A DNA stretch of 62,798 nucleotides, counting the filler, from Chiloscyllium plagiosum (Eukaryota), in assembly GCF_004010195.1 (NCBI RefSeq). It is 4 parts of one record of this genome, joined end to end, with 100 filler letters (N's around TTAATTAATTAA, not from the genome) between each part and the next. Parts side by side here need not be neighbours in the genome. Positions count along the whole stretch, not along the records: positions 1 to 29,976 come from NC_057712.1; 3 more parts are not named here. One strand, given 5' to 3'. Positions 1-11,515 of the stretch are shown piece after piece. The notes beneath the pieces were generated by a model. The model worked only from the letters and a program-made list of their open reading frames with translations, did no database searches and had not been told where the DNA came from. The position numbers and the translations under genes are program-made. Position 1 is the stretch's first letter. Every line of letters starts with the position of its first letter.

Positions 1-271
1 CTCTGTCTCCATCCCCTGTCTCTCTCTCTCTCTCTCACTCACTGTCCTCTGTCTCCATCCCCAGTCTCTCTCACTCTCCTGTCTCTCTCTCCAGTCTCTC
101 TCTCTCTCTCACTCTCCTCCTGTCCCTCTTCCCAGTCTCTCCTTCTCTCTCTCTCACTGTCCTCTGTCTCCATCCCCAGTCTCTCTCACTCTCCTGTCTC
201 TCTCTCCAGTCTCTCTCTCTCTCTCTCACTGTCCTCTGTCTCCATCCCCTGTCTCTCTCTCTCTCTCTCTC
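1..271. repeat. CT-rich compound micro/minisatellite in cornichon intron 1
   Basis: Recurrent unit ctctgtctccatcccc(t/a)gtc(tc)n..actgtc interleaved with (CT)n tracts. Confidence 0.9.
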
Positions 272-302
272 TAGTTCTCCCACCAGGCACTCCCACACTT
301 AC

Positions 303-383
303 GTTCCAGATAGCGAAGAAGATGAGGGAAGAGCAGAGGACTAAGGAAAGCATGTAACAGAAGGCAGCGAATGTAAACGCCAT
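303..383 (-). CDS. CNIH3: Cornichon homolog, first coding exon (27 codons), most like CNIH3
   Basis: [30 protein letters not shown] in strong context (aaaactATGg); ends phase 0 at GTAAGT donor (302-297). MLSLVLC..LIFFAIW fits CNIH3 better than CNIH1 (MLALLLT) or CNIH2 (MLTLVLC..FFVIW). The family call is secure, the paralog call less so. Confidence 0.85.
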
Positions 384-879
384 AGTTTTCCTCAGTGCTG
401 GCGTTTGCTTCCAAATGTCCGCAAATCCCATCGGATCGGAGTCCCACTCCGACAGCCAACAACAAATCCAGTGAAAACACTGTCAGCTCAAAACTGCTCC
501 AGGGATCAGAACCAACACCGTCCGGACCGGACAAACATCGCGGCTTGTTCCCACTCCGAAGTTCCCTGAATCCCCTCCGTAATCTTCGCGCCCTACTGCC
601 ACCCTGCAACCCCGAATCTCTGATATAGTTTCCAAAACATTCACTTGTCAGTTCCCCCAGTTCATCTTCCGACTCTGAGCGCGGCAAAAAAAATCCTTCT
701 CCACCAAATAATTTGGGGCTGAGTCAATCCCGACTGTTCCTGGGAACCAGCCCTTTTCCAGATAAATGGTTCAATCCCTAAACTCGGAGAACTCAGTCCT
801 TTCTGTTCAGGAGAGTGGAGCCAGGCAAAGAACCTGAGAACTGACGAACCAGTTCCATTCTCCTCCTGAGCTGCTCCCT

Positions 880-960
880 CCTCTCTGTCACATCCCTATC
901 CCTGCCCGCCTCTTGTCAACAATTCCCAACGGATTGGCTGTCAGCGCCAGGATACACACA
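880..960 (-). promoter_or_regulatory. Putative proximal promoter of the cornichon gene
   Basis: CCAAT box (cagccaatcc on minus, 931-940) and GC-box-like cccgcc (905-910) in non-repetitive, CpG-containing DNA upstream of exon 1. The TSS cannot be determined. Confidence 0.4.
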
Positions 961-1239
961 GCGCTGAACAACACAGCAACAAGGAATTGCTACCATACAG
1001 AGACATGCCAAACGACGACAGAGAGAGAACTCGCTTCAAGTGGACCATTGCTGCATCCCAAAGTGAACTACAGCCACCATGGTGACTGTTAAATCACTCA
1101 CTGTACCAACAGCACCCATATCTACCACAGTGACAAACACCAACATTAACCCACCCTCTGCTCTTTAGCCTCATGCCTTTCGGTTGATATGATGTCTTCC
1201 CATTCCTTCTGCCAAACTGTATCACCTCACACTTTGCAA

Positions 1240-2030
1240 TGTGAGAAAGTGTGAGGTTGTGCACTTTGGAAGGAAGAATAGAGGCATAGAGTATTTTTAA
1301 CTTGGGGAAAGGCTTCAGAAAATCAGAAGCATAAAGGCACTTGGAAATCTTAGTTAAAGATTCTCTTAAGATTTAACATGTAAATTCAGTTGGCAGTTAG
1401 GAAGGCAAATGCAATCTTAACCTTCATTTCAAGGTGGCCAGAATACAAGAGCAAGGATGCACAGCTGAGTCAGTCCACATTTGGAATAGTGTGAGCAGTT
1501 TTGGGCCCCATATTTAAGGAGGAACATGCTAGCCTTGTGGTTTGCCGGGGTGGGGGCGGGGCGGGAAGGAAGGTTCCAGAGGACGTTTACAAGAATGATC
1601 CTGGGGATGAAGGGCTTGTCACATAAGGAGCGGTTGAGGACTCTGGGTCTGTACTCAATAACATTAAGAAGAATGAGGGGTGATTTAGTTGAAACTAACA
1701 GAATACTGAGAGGCCTGGATAGAGTGGACGCGGAGAAAATGTTTCCTCTACTGGAAGAGAATAGGACCCAAGAGGTGAGGAGGAATTTCTTCAGCCGGGG
1801 TGGGGAGGGGGGGTAAATCTGGGGAACTCCTTGCTGCACAAGGCTGTGGAGGTCAAGAAATTGAGTGTATTTCAAACAGAGGTAGAGAGGTTCCTCATTG
1901 GGAAGGTGATCAAAGGTTACAGGGAGAAGGCAGGAGAAGGGGGTGAGTAACATATCAGCTGTGATCAAATGATGGAGTAGAGTCAATGGGCCAAATGGCC
2001 TAATTCTTCTATATTTTATGATCTTCTGGC
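1240..2030 (+). mobile_element. CR1-type LINE, decayed 3' fragment
   Basis: FQRTFTRMILGMKGLSHKERLRTLGLYS..RRMRGDL is the typical CR1 ORF2 C-terminus, followed by a 3' UTR. Confidence 0.85.
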
Positions 2031-2236
2031 CTTAATCTTAAAGGTATACATTTAGGGCCTAATCAAATGGAATGTTTTGTTCTGGATATTGCCAAGTGTC
2101 TTGAGTGTTGTTGGAGCTGCACTCATCCAGGCAAGTTACTCAGCACACAACTCCCAGTCACTGACCTCTCTTGTAGCCAAAGTATTTATAAGGTTGGACC
2201 GATTCAGATTCTGGTCAAAGGTAACCATAGATAGAG

Positions 2237-2403
2237 GAGAAAGTGAGGGCTGCAGATGCTGGAGATCAGAGCTGAAAATGTGTTGCTGGAAAAGCGCAGC
2301 AGGTCAGGCAGCATCCAAGGAACAGGAGAATCGACGTTTCGGGCATAAGCCTTTCTTCAGGAATGAGGAAATGTGTGCTTTTCCAGCAACACATTTTCAG
2401 CTC
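2237..2403 (-). mobile_element. Short Penelope-like terminal repeat (pLTR) with hammerhead motif and partial inverted copy
   Basis: Perfect 15-bp TSD taaccatagatagag (2222-2236, 2404-2418). Minus-strand CTGAAGA-A-AGGC-TTAT-GCCC-GAAACGTC at 2333-2360. Confidence 0.85.
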
Positions 2404-2411
2404 TAACCATA

Positions 2412-2957
2412 GATAGAGTCATAGAATCACAGAGCACAGCATGGAAACAGACCCTTCGGTCCAACTCGTCCATACCGACCAGACATTCTAACCCAATCTA
2501 GTCCCACCTGCCAGCACCCAGCTCATATCCCTCCAAACCCTTCCTATTCATATACCCATCCAAATGCCTCTTAAATGTTTCAATTGTACCAGCCTCCACC
2601 ACTTCTTCTGGCAGCTCATTCCATACCCCCTGGAAACATCCTTGTAAATCTTTTCTGAATCCTTTCAAGTTTCACAACATCTTTCCAATAGGAAGGAGAC
2701 CAGAATTACACGCAATATTCCAACAGTGGCCCAATCAATGTCCTGTACAGCTGCAACATGACCTCCCAACTCCTGTACTCAATACTCTGACCAATAAAGG
2801 AAAGCATACCAAACGCCTTCTTCACTATCCTATCTACCTGCGACTTCACTTTCGAGCTATGAACCTGCACTCCAAGGTCTCTTTGTTCAGCAACACTTCC
2901 TAGGACCTTACCATTAAGTGTATAAGTCCTGCTAAGATTTGCCTTCCCAAAATGCAG
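2412..2957 (-). mobile_element. CR1 (HER1-like) LINE 3' fragment
   Basis: Same 3' tail (..ctatgactctat on minus) and ORF2 C-terminal sequence as the copies at 17935-19588, 35700-36082 and 50678-51045. Confidence 0.85.
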
Positions 2958-4125
2958 TAGGGAGATGATTAGATTCTTTCAGGTTGTATATGGACATTGC
3001 CTGGCACTCGTGTGGCACAATTTTATTTGCCTCTTGTCTGCCCAAGCCTGGATATTGTCCAGGTCTTGCAGCATTTCAAAATGGACTGCTTTAGTTTCTG
3101 AGGAGCCAAATGGTGCTGAACATTGCACAATCATTCGTGATGAAAGGCTTATGCCCAAAACATTGATTCTCCTGCTCCTTGGATGCTGCCTGACCTGCTG
3201 TGCTTCTCACCACACTCTCAATCTTCCATATGCAGTTTCAAACATGAAGAACAAAATTTAATCCCGATGATTTTGACCTTTTGAAAAGATGAGCAGAATG
3301 TTGGAGGTAGAATGAAAATGAAATCTTACTCAAGCTCGTTTCTCTAACAAAAGGCTAAAAGGGACTGTAAATTATTTGGTAAATTTGTGTGGTTTGTTAA
3401 TTAAATAAACAACTAGCTTCTTACTGTCTGCATCAAACTTGTGGCAAGCACCATTTTTCCTTGGTATTTAAAAGGCATCTGCATGGGTATATGAATAGGA
3501 AGGGTTTAGGAGCATATGGGCAAAGTGCTGGCAAATGGGACTAGATTAATTTAGGATATGTGGTCAGCATGGACGAGTTGGACTGAAGGTGGGTTTCTGT
3601 GCTGTACACCTCTATGACTCTGTGAGTGTGTGAGTTGTACAGTGGCAGCAGAATACCATCTACAAGATGCATGGCAGTAACATATCAAGGGTCCTTTGAA
3701 AGTACCTTCCAGGTCTGTTCATTTTTACATTCAGCTGATTCTCTAGTATTTCCCATAGCCTAGCAAGTCCTCTACAATCTGGCCTGATAGGGCATTAATG
3801 CCCTTCCAATTCATTCCAGGATATTTAGTCGTCATCTTCCTGTTTCTTCCTATCTTTCTCAAATATAATCAATGTGTGGTAGCATATTCGTTGTCATCAA
3901 TTTATAACAGCAAGGTAATGGGCAGAATCTTTCAGGAGTCTGAGCAAGGTGGACTATGGTGAGATTGGTGGCAGAATCAGATGATAGGTCTGGTGAAATC
4001 AATGAAAGGCTTTTCTGATTTTTAGTAAGCAGCACGGTGAACTTCTTGCTAGGCAGCAGTGAGTTGCTCATTAAGGGAATTTGTTACTTTTTTTTATGTT
4101 CAATCATGGTATATGGGTGCAACTG

Positions 4126-4334
4126 AAAATGTGTTGCTGGAAAAGCGCAGCAGGTCAGGCAGCATCCAAGGAACAGGAGAATCGACGTTTCGGGCATAAG
4201 CCCTTCTTCAGGAAGAAGGACTTATGCCCGAAACGCCGATTCTCCTGTTCCTTGGATGCTGCCTGACCTGCTGCGCTTTTCCAGCAACACATTTTAAGCT
4301 CTGATCTCCAGCATCTGCAGACCTCACTTTCTCC
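4126..4334. mobile_element. Palindromic PLE pLTR insertion with back-to-back hammerhead motifs
   Basis: Long inverted arms centred near 4211. TSD atatgggtg(c/t)aactg at 4111-4125 and 4335-4349 (1 mismatch). Confidence 0.85.
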
Positions 4335-4349
4335 ATATGGGTGTAACTG

Positions 4350-5890
4350 GCTATTCAGCATTTACTTCCTGTTTGTTGTTGCCTTTGACAAGGTGGTGGT
4401 GATCTGCTTTCTTGAACTACTGCAGTCCATGTGCTGTAGGTAGACTCACAATGTTGTTTGGGAGGGAATTCCAGGAAGTTGTCCCAGTGACACTGAAGGA
4501 ACAGCAAAATACATGAATGGATTGGAGGGGAATTTGCAGATGGTAATGATTCCATGTATCTGTTGCCTTTGTCCTTCTGGATGGACGTGGTTGTGGGTTT
4601 CAAAGGTGTTTTCTAAGGATCTTTGGTGAATTTCTGCAGTGTATCTTGTAGATGATACACATTTCTGCTAATGAGGTTCAGTAGTTGAGAGAGTGGGTGC
4701 TTGTGAATGTGGTGCCAATCAAGTGGGATGCTTTGTCCTGGATGTTGTCAAGGTTCGTGAGTGTTGTTGGAGCCGAACCCATCCAGGCAAGTGGGGAGTA
4801 TTCCATTTCACTCCTCACTTGTGCCTTATAGACAGTGGACAGGCTTTGGGGAGTCAGGAGGTGAGTTACTCGACTCAGTATTCCTAGTATTTGGATCTGA
4901 TCTTGTAGCCACTGCATTTATATGGCCAGTTCAGTTCAGCTTCTGGTCCATGGTAATTACCAGGATGTTGATAGTTGGGGATTCAGTGATGGTAAAACCA
5001 GCAAATGTCTAAGGACAGTGGTTAGTTTGTCTATTATTAGAATGGTCATTGCCTGGTGGCATGAATGTTTCTTGCCACTTGTCAGTCTAAACCTAGATAT
5101 TGTCCAGACATTGTTGCATTGGGCAAGAACTGCTTCAGTGTCAGAGGAGTTGTGAATTATGCTGAACATTGTGCAGTCATTGGCAAAAAGCCTAACTTCT
5201 GACCATATGATGGAGGGAAGATCATTGACGTAACAGCTGAAGATGTTTGGGCCTAGAACACTCCCCTGAAGAACATCTGTAAATGTCCTAATGCTGAGGT
5301 GACTCACCTCTAAAACCCACAGCCATTTTTCAATGGAGAGTTTTTCCCTGATTCCCATCAACTCTACAAGAAGCAAGGGCTCCTTGATGCCACACTCAGT
5401 TGAATGCAGTCTTGATGTGAATGGCTGTCCCTCTCCCCTCCCCTCTGGAATTCAGTTATTTTGTCCATGTTTGAACCAAGGCTGGAATGAAGTCAGGAGC
5501 TGAGTGGCCCTGGCGGAACCCATCTGGGTGTCACTGAGCAGGTCATTGCTGAGCAGGTGCTGCGTGATAGCACTGTGGACAACACCTTCCATCACTTACT
5601 GATGACCAAGAGTAGACTGATAGGTGGATAATTGTCTGGTTGGATTTGTCCTGCTTTTTATGTACAGGGCACACCTGGGCAATTTTTAACATTGTTGGGT
5701 AGGTACCAGAGTTGTAGCTGTATTGGAACAGTTTGGCTAGGGGTTTGGCAAGTTCTGGAGCACAAGTCTTCAGTACGATTGCTAAAATGCTGTCAGCCCC
5801 ATAGCCTTTGCACTATCAAATGACCACCAAGACATAGAGGAATCTAATTTGCTGAAGATTGGCATCTGTGATACTGGGAACCTTTGGAGA
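4350..5890 (-). mobile_element. CR1-group LINE of L2/Crack-like type, decayed RT and 3' end
   Basis: QGSVLGPNIFSCYVNDLP..RLFANDCT (RT motifs) and YKAQVRSEMEYSPLAW. Related fragments near 2085-2225, 2960-3130, 12180-12540, 39355-39590 and 47830-48900. Confidence 0.75.
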
Positions 5891-6937
5891 AGACTTAGAT
5901 GTATTAAAAAGGAGGTTAAATGCTTTGTTGCCTGCTCATCTCAACTCATTAATATTCAGCTTTCTATCTTACTACATGGGTCAGTGAAAACACTGAGCAC
6001 ACTCAATCTGGAAACTTAATTTGAAGGGCTCCATGTTGCACAATAGGCACCAACATTCAGGGTACACTTCATGGACATGCATATCGTGTTCACTGAGCAT
6101 AGAACGTGGCATCCAATTTGTGCCATTCTCTCAGAACACTCATAGAACATCTCCAATCCATTTACAGAACACCTTTGCACTTCACTGTTGCATTGGCAAC
6201 TCTCATTGTAATAGAACACAGAAAATAGTACATAGAACAGTACAGCACAGTACAGGCCCTTCAGCCCTTTTATCCTATTCTAAGATAAGACTAACCTACA
6301 TACCCTTCATTGTATTATCTTCCATGTACCTATCCAAGAGTCTCTTAAATGTTCCTAATATATCTGACTCTACTCCCACTGCTGGCAGTGCATTCCACAC
6401 ACCCACCACTCTCTGTGGAAAGAATGTATCTCTGACATCTCCCCTAAACCTTCCTCCAATCACCTTAAAATTTTGCCCTCTCATGATAACCATTTCTTGC
6501 CTGTCAAAACATCTCTGGCCATCCACTCTATCTATGCCTCTCAACATCTTATACACCTCTAGCAGGACATGTCTCATCCTTCTTCGCCCTCAGCCTTCTT
6601 CATAAGACATGCCCTCCAGTCCAGGCAGTATCCTGGTAAATCTCCTCTAAAGCTTCCACATTCGTCCTATAATGTGGCGACCAGAATTGAACACAATATT
6701 CCAAGTGTGGTCTAATCAGGTCTCACGGCTCTTAAACTCAATCCCCCTGCTAATGAAAGCCAACACACCAAAAGCCTTCTTAACAACCCTATCAATCTGG
6801 GTGGCAACTTTGAGTGATCAATGGACAAGGAACCCAAGATCCCTCTGTTCCCCCACACAGCCAAGAATCCTGCCTTTAACTCTGTATTCTGCATTCAAAT
6901 TCAACCTTCCAAAGTGAATGATTTCACACTTTTCCAG

Positions 6938-7156
6938 AAGAGAAAATGCTGGAAAATCTCAGCAGATCTGGCAGCATCTGTAAGGAGAGAAAAGAGCTGA
7001 CATTTCGAGTCTAACTGACAAAGCTTTGACAAAGGGTCAGTTAGACTCGAAATGTCAGCTCTTTTCTCTCCTTACAGATGCTGCTAGACCTGTTGAGATT
7101 TTCCAGCATTTTCTCTTTTGGTTTCAGATTCCAGCATCCACAGTAATTTGCTTTTA
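6938..7156. mobile_element. Palindromic PLE pLTR insertion, second family, nested in CR1
   Basis: Inverted arms around ~7024. TSD tcaca(c/t)ttttccag at 6924-6937 and 7157-7170. Confidence 0.85.
7022..7060 (+). ncRNA. Minimal type I hammerhead ribozyme motif, U3:A8 core variant
   Basis: AGCT [TTGACAA] A GGGTC agtta GACTC [GAAA] T GTC AGCT: 4-bp helix I, 5-bp helix II, GUC cleavage triplet. Confidence 0.6.
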
Positions 7157-9807
7157 TCACATTTTTCCAGGTTAAGCTCCATCTGTCACTTATCAACTCA
7201 GTTCTGCATCCTGTCAATATCTCGTTACAACCTATAACAGTCCTCCACATTATCCACAACTCCACCAACCTTCATGACATCAGCAAACTTACTAACCTAC
7301 CCTTCCACTTCCTCATCCAAGTCATTTAAAAAAGTCGCAAAAAGCAGAGGTCCCAGAATAGATACCTGCAGAACACCATTGGTCACCGAGCTCCAGGCTC
7401 AATACTTTCCATTAATCACCACCCTCTGTCTTCTATCGACTAGCCAATCTGTATCCAGGCAGCCAGATTTCCTTGTATCCTATGCCTCCTTATTTCTGAA
7501 TGACCCTACCATGGGGAACCTTATCAAACAGCTTGCTAAAAACATGTACCCCACATCTACTGTTCGACCTTCATCAATGCGTTTTATCATATCCTCAAAG
7601 AATTCAATAAGGTTTGTGTGGCATGACTTGCTATCTCTAATCAAACTATGGTTTTCCAAGTAATCATAAATCCTGTCTCTCAGAATCCTTTCCAATACTT
7701 TGCCCACTACTGACGTAAGACTGATTGGTTTGTAGTTCCTTAGATTATCCCTATTCCTTTCCTTGAACAAGGGAATAACATTTGCCACCCTCCAATCATC
7801 TGGCATATTCCAGTGGACAGTGAGGATGCAGAGATCATCACCAAAGGCGTAGCAATCTCTTGCCTTGCTTCCTGTAACAACCTTGGGTATATCCCATCTG
7901 ACCCAGGGGATTTATCAATCCTTATGTTTTTCAAAATTTTCAGCACATCCTTCTTCCTTAAATCAACCTGTTCGAGCATATCAGTCTGTTTCACACTGTC
8001 CTCACAAACGTCAAATCCTTCTCACTAGTGAATATTAAAACAAAGTATTCATTCCTCTCCTTCCTTTGACTTCAGGAGCAAGTTCCCTCCACTGTCCCTG
8101 ATCGGCCCTACCCTTACTCTGGCCATCCTCATGCTCCTCATATAAGTGTAGAATACCTTAGGGTTTTCCTTAATCCTACCCACTAAAGCTTTTTCATTCC
8201 CCCTTCTAACTCTCCTAAATCCAGTCTTCAGTTCATTCCTGGCCACCTTGTAACCCTCTAGAGCCCTATCTGATCTTTGCCTCCTCAACCTTAAGTCAGC
8301 TTCCTTCTTCATCTTGACTTGATGTTCCATATCCCTTGTCACCCAAGGTTCTTTCAACCTCCCATCCTTTCCTTGTCTCAGTGGGACAAACCTGTCCAGC
8401 ACTATCAGCAGCTGCTTCCTAAACAACTCCACATTTCTGTTGTGCGTTTCCCTGAGAACATCTGTTCCCAATTTAGGTGCTCCAATTCATGCCTAATAGC
8501 ATTGTAATCCCCCTTCCCCAAATTAAGTACTTTCCTGTACCGTCTGCTCCTCTTCTTCTTCATGAATATAGTAAAAGTCATGGAGTTGTGATCTCTCCCA
8601 CCCAGAGATCTGACACCTGGCATGGTTCGTTGCCAAACACCAAATCCAATATGGCGTCCCCTCCAGTCGACCAATCTACCTATTGCGTCAGGAATCCTTC
8701 CTGGACACACCTGACAAAAACTGCTCCATCCAAATCATTTGAACTAAGTAGGTTCCAATCAATATTAGGGAAGTTAAAGTAATCCCTGACAACAACCACG
8801 TTACTTCTGCACCTCCCAATCTGCTCCTCCATGTCTCTGTTGCTATTGGGAGCCTGTAGAAAACTCCCAGTAAAATGACTGCTCCTTTCCTGTTTCTGAC
8901 TTCCATCCATACAGACTCTGTAGACAAACCCTCCTCGACAATCTCCCTTTCTGCAACTGTGATAATGTCCCTGATCAGCAACGCCACTCCTCCACCTCCT
9001 TTATTCCCCCCCCACCATTTCTTTTGAAACATCTAAACCCTGGAACATCCAAAAACCATTCCTGCCCCTGTGATATCCAAGTCTCCATAATGGCCACAAC
9101 ATCATAGTTCCAAGTATGGATCCATGCTCTGAGTTTGTCACCCTTATTCCTGATACATCTTGCATTAAGGTAGACACACATAGTGAAGTAAACTCATCAC
9201 AACTGGCATTTAGCCAAAAAAGCATTAGTTAGTCATATGAGGCGATTCTGTTTGGTGAGTCAGCAATGTCGCTGTTGTGTTTATTATACTTTGCTTTGAG
9301 AATTCTTCGCTGAGCAGTTTAGGCTGCACTCAAACTTCAAACATTTTCTGTTTCATGCAATTTTCTCTTTTTGCATGGAAATAGCACCCAGGTTGGCTTG
9401 ATGGTCACATTCAAAACTGAGTTGGCAATCTGGACTCCAATCCAGTCAACTCATAAATCAGTTACTCACTGTTTAGCCAGCACCATCTATATAATGATTT
9501 TTTTTCTCTCTCTCTCTGGTGTTGCAGCTTTGTAAACAGCTTTGAATCTTGTTTGAAGACTTTTCTTGTGGCTTTCAAGTTCACATTACTTTTTCAAAGA
9601 AAAGTCACAGCTGATCACTCGGTCATATTTTTGCTTTGTATTTATTAACACATAATTATCAATCTCATCTTCTCAATTAATGTAATTCAATTCAATGTAA
9701 TTAAAAATCTGAGCCAGGCTTACTTAACAGACAGCCTAATGACTTGCAGTGACAGAGCAGCCAATGTACACATCTTCAGTCCAGCATTCTGCTGCTGGAG
9801 ACCTCAA

Positions 9808-11515
9808 ACAAAGAACAAAAAAAACAAAGAACCTTACAGCGCAGGAACAGGCCTTCCAAGCCTGCGCTGATCCAGATCCTCTATTTAAACCTGTCATCTA
9901 TTTTCTAAGGATCTGCATCCCTCTGCTCATGCCCATTCGTGTATCTGTCTAGATACATCTTAAATGACACTATCGTGCCCACCTCTACCACCTCCACTGG
10001 CAATACATTCGAGGCACCCACCACCCTCTGTGTAATGAACATTCCACGTATGTCTCCCTTAAACTTTTCTCCTCTCACCTTCAACTTGTGACCCCTAGTA
10101 ATTGAGTCCCCACTCTGGGAAAAAGCTTCTTGCTATCCACCCTATATATACCTCTCATGATTTTATAGACCTCAATCAGGTCCCCCCTCAACCTCTGTCT
10201 TTCTAATGAAAGTAATCCTAATCTACTCAACCTCCCTTCATAGCTAGCGCCCTCCATACCAGGCAACATCCTTGTGAATCTCCTCTACACCCTTCCAAAG
10301 CATCCACATCCTTCTGATAATGTGGTGACCAGAACTGTACGCAAGTATTCCAAGTGTGGCCAAACCAAAGTTCCATACAACTTTAACATGACCTGCCAGC
10401 TCTTGTACTCAATACCCCACCCAATGAAGGAAAGCATACTGTATGCCTTCTTGACTACTCTATTGACCTGTGTTGCCACCTTCAGTGTACAGTGGACGTA
10501 AACATGCAGATCTCTCTGTACATCAATTTTCTACAGGGCTTTTCCATTTACCATCTAGTTCATTCTTGATTTGGATCTTCCAAAATGCATCACCTCCCAT
10601 TTTCCCAGATTGAACTCCATCTGCCATTTCTCCACCCAACTCTCTAATCTATCTATATTCTGCTGTATTCTCTGACAGTCCCCTTCACTGTCTGCTACTC
10701 CACCTATCATCTCAAAACTTGCTAATCAGACCACCTATACCTTCCTCCAGATCATTTATGTATATCACATACAATAGTGGTCCCAGAACAGATCCCTAAG
10801 GAACACCACTGGTCACAGTTCTCCATTTTGAGACACTCCGTTCCACAACTACTCTGTCTCCTATTGCCCATCCAGTTCCCTGTCCATCTAGCTACTAATC
10901 TATCTATATTCTGCTGTATTCTCTGACAGTCCCCTTCACTGTCTGCTACTCCACCTATCTTCGTGTCATCTCAAAACTTGCTAATCAGACCACCTATACC
11001 TTCCTCCAGATTATTTATGTATATCACAAACAATAGTGGTCCCAGAAAAGATCCCTAAGGAACACCACTGTCACAGTTCTCCATTTTGAGACACTCCGTT
11101 CCACAACTACTCTGTCTCCTATTGCCCATCCAGTTCCCTGTCCATCTAGCTAGAACACCCTGGACCCCATGCAACTTCACTTTCTCCATCAGCCTACCAT
11201 GGGGAAGCTTATAAATGCATCACTGAAGTCCATGTATAATGACACCTACTGCCCTTCCCTCATCAATCAACTTCATCACTTCCTCAAAGAATTCTATTAA
11301 GTTGGTAAGACATGACTTTCCCTGCACCAAGCCATGTTACCTATCACTGATAAGCCCATTTTCTTCCAAATAGGAACAGATCCTATCCCTCAGTATCTTC
11401 TCCAGCAGCTTCCGTCAGGCTCAGGCTCACCGGTCTGTAATTACTTGGATTATCCCTGCTACCCTTCTTCAACAAGGGAACAATATTAGCAATTCTCCAG
11501 TCCTCTGGGACCTTA
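9808..11515 (-). mobile_element. CR1 LINE RT and 3' fragment with internal ~250-bp tandem duplication
   Basis: QVNRVVKKAYSMLSFI..LYGTLVWPHLEY and RLRGDLIEVYKI. 10644-10894 is repeated at about 10895-11152. Confidence 0.85.

Larger units (their letters stand above)
6212..9180 (-). mobile_element. CR1 LINE, near-complete but frameshifted ORF2 (AP endonuclease + RT)
   Basis: CVYLNARCIRNK..DVVAIMETW (APE start), DFNFPNIDW-like motif, DWRVANVIPLFK..NYKPISLTS (RT) and a CR1 C-terminus and tail. A PLE is nested at 6938-7156. Confidence 0.9.

Noticed and set aside
71..298. Glu/Arg-rich ORFs
   Set aside because: Translation of the (GA)n microsatellite in intron 1; only 303-383 is coding.
4126..4334. 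Palindromes as DNA-transposon MITEs, CRISPR repeats or miRNA genes
   Set aside because: The arms are PLE 3' terminal sequence with unequal ends and 14-15-bp TSDs. There is no repeat-spacer periodicity and no evidence for miRNA processing.
10644..11152. ~250-bp tandem duplication as a functional repeat
   Set aside because: It lies wholly inside a dead CR1 RT; ordinary local duplication or assembly artefact.
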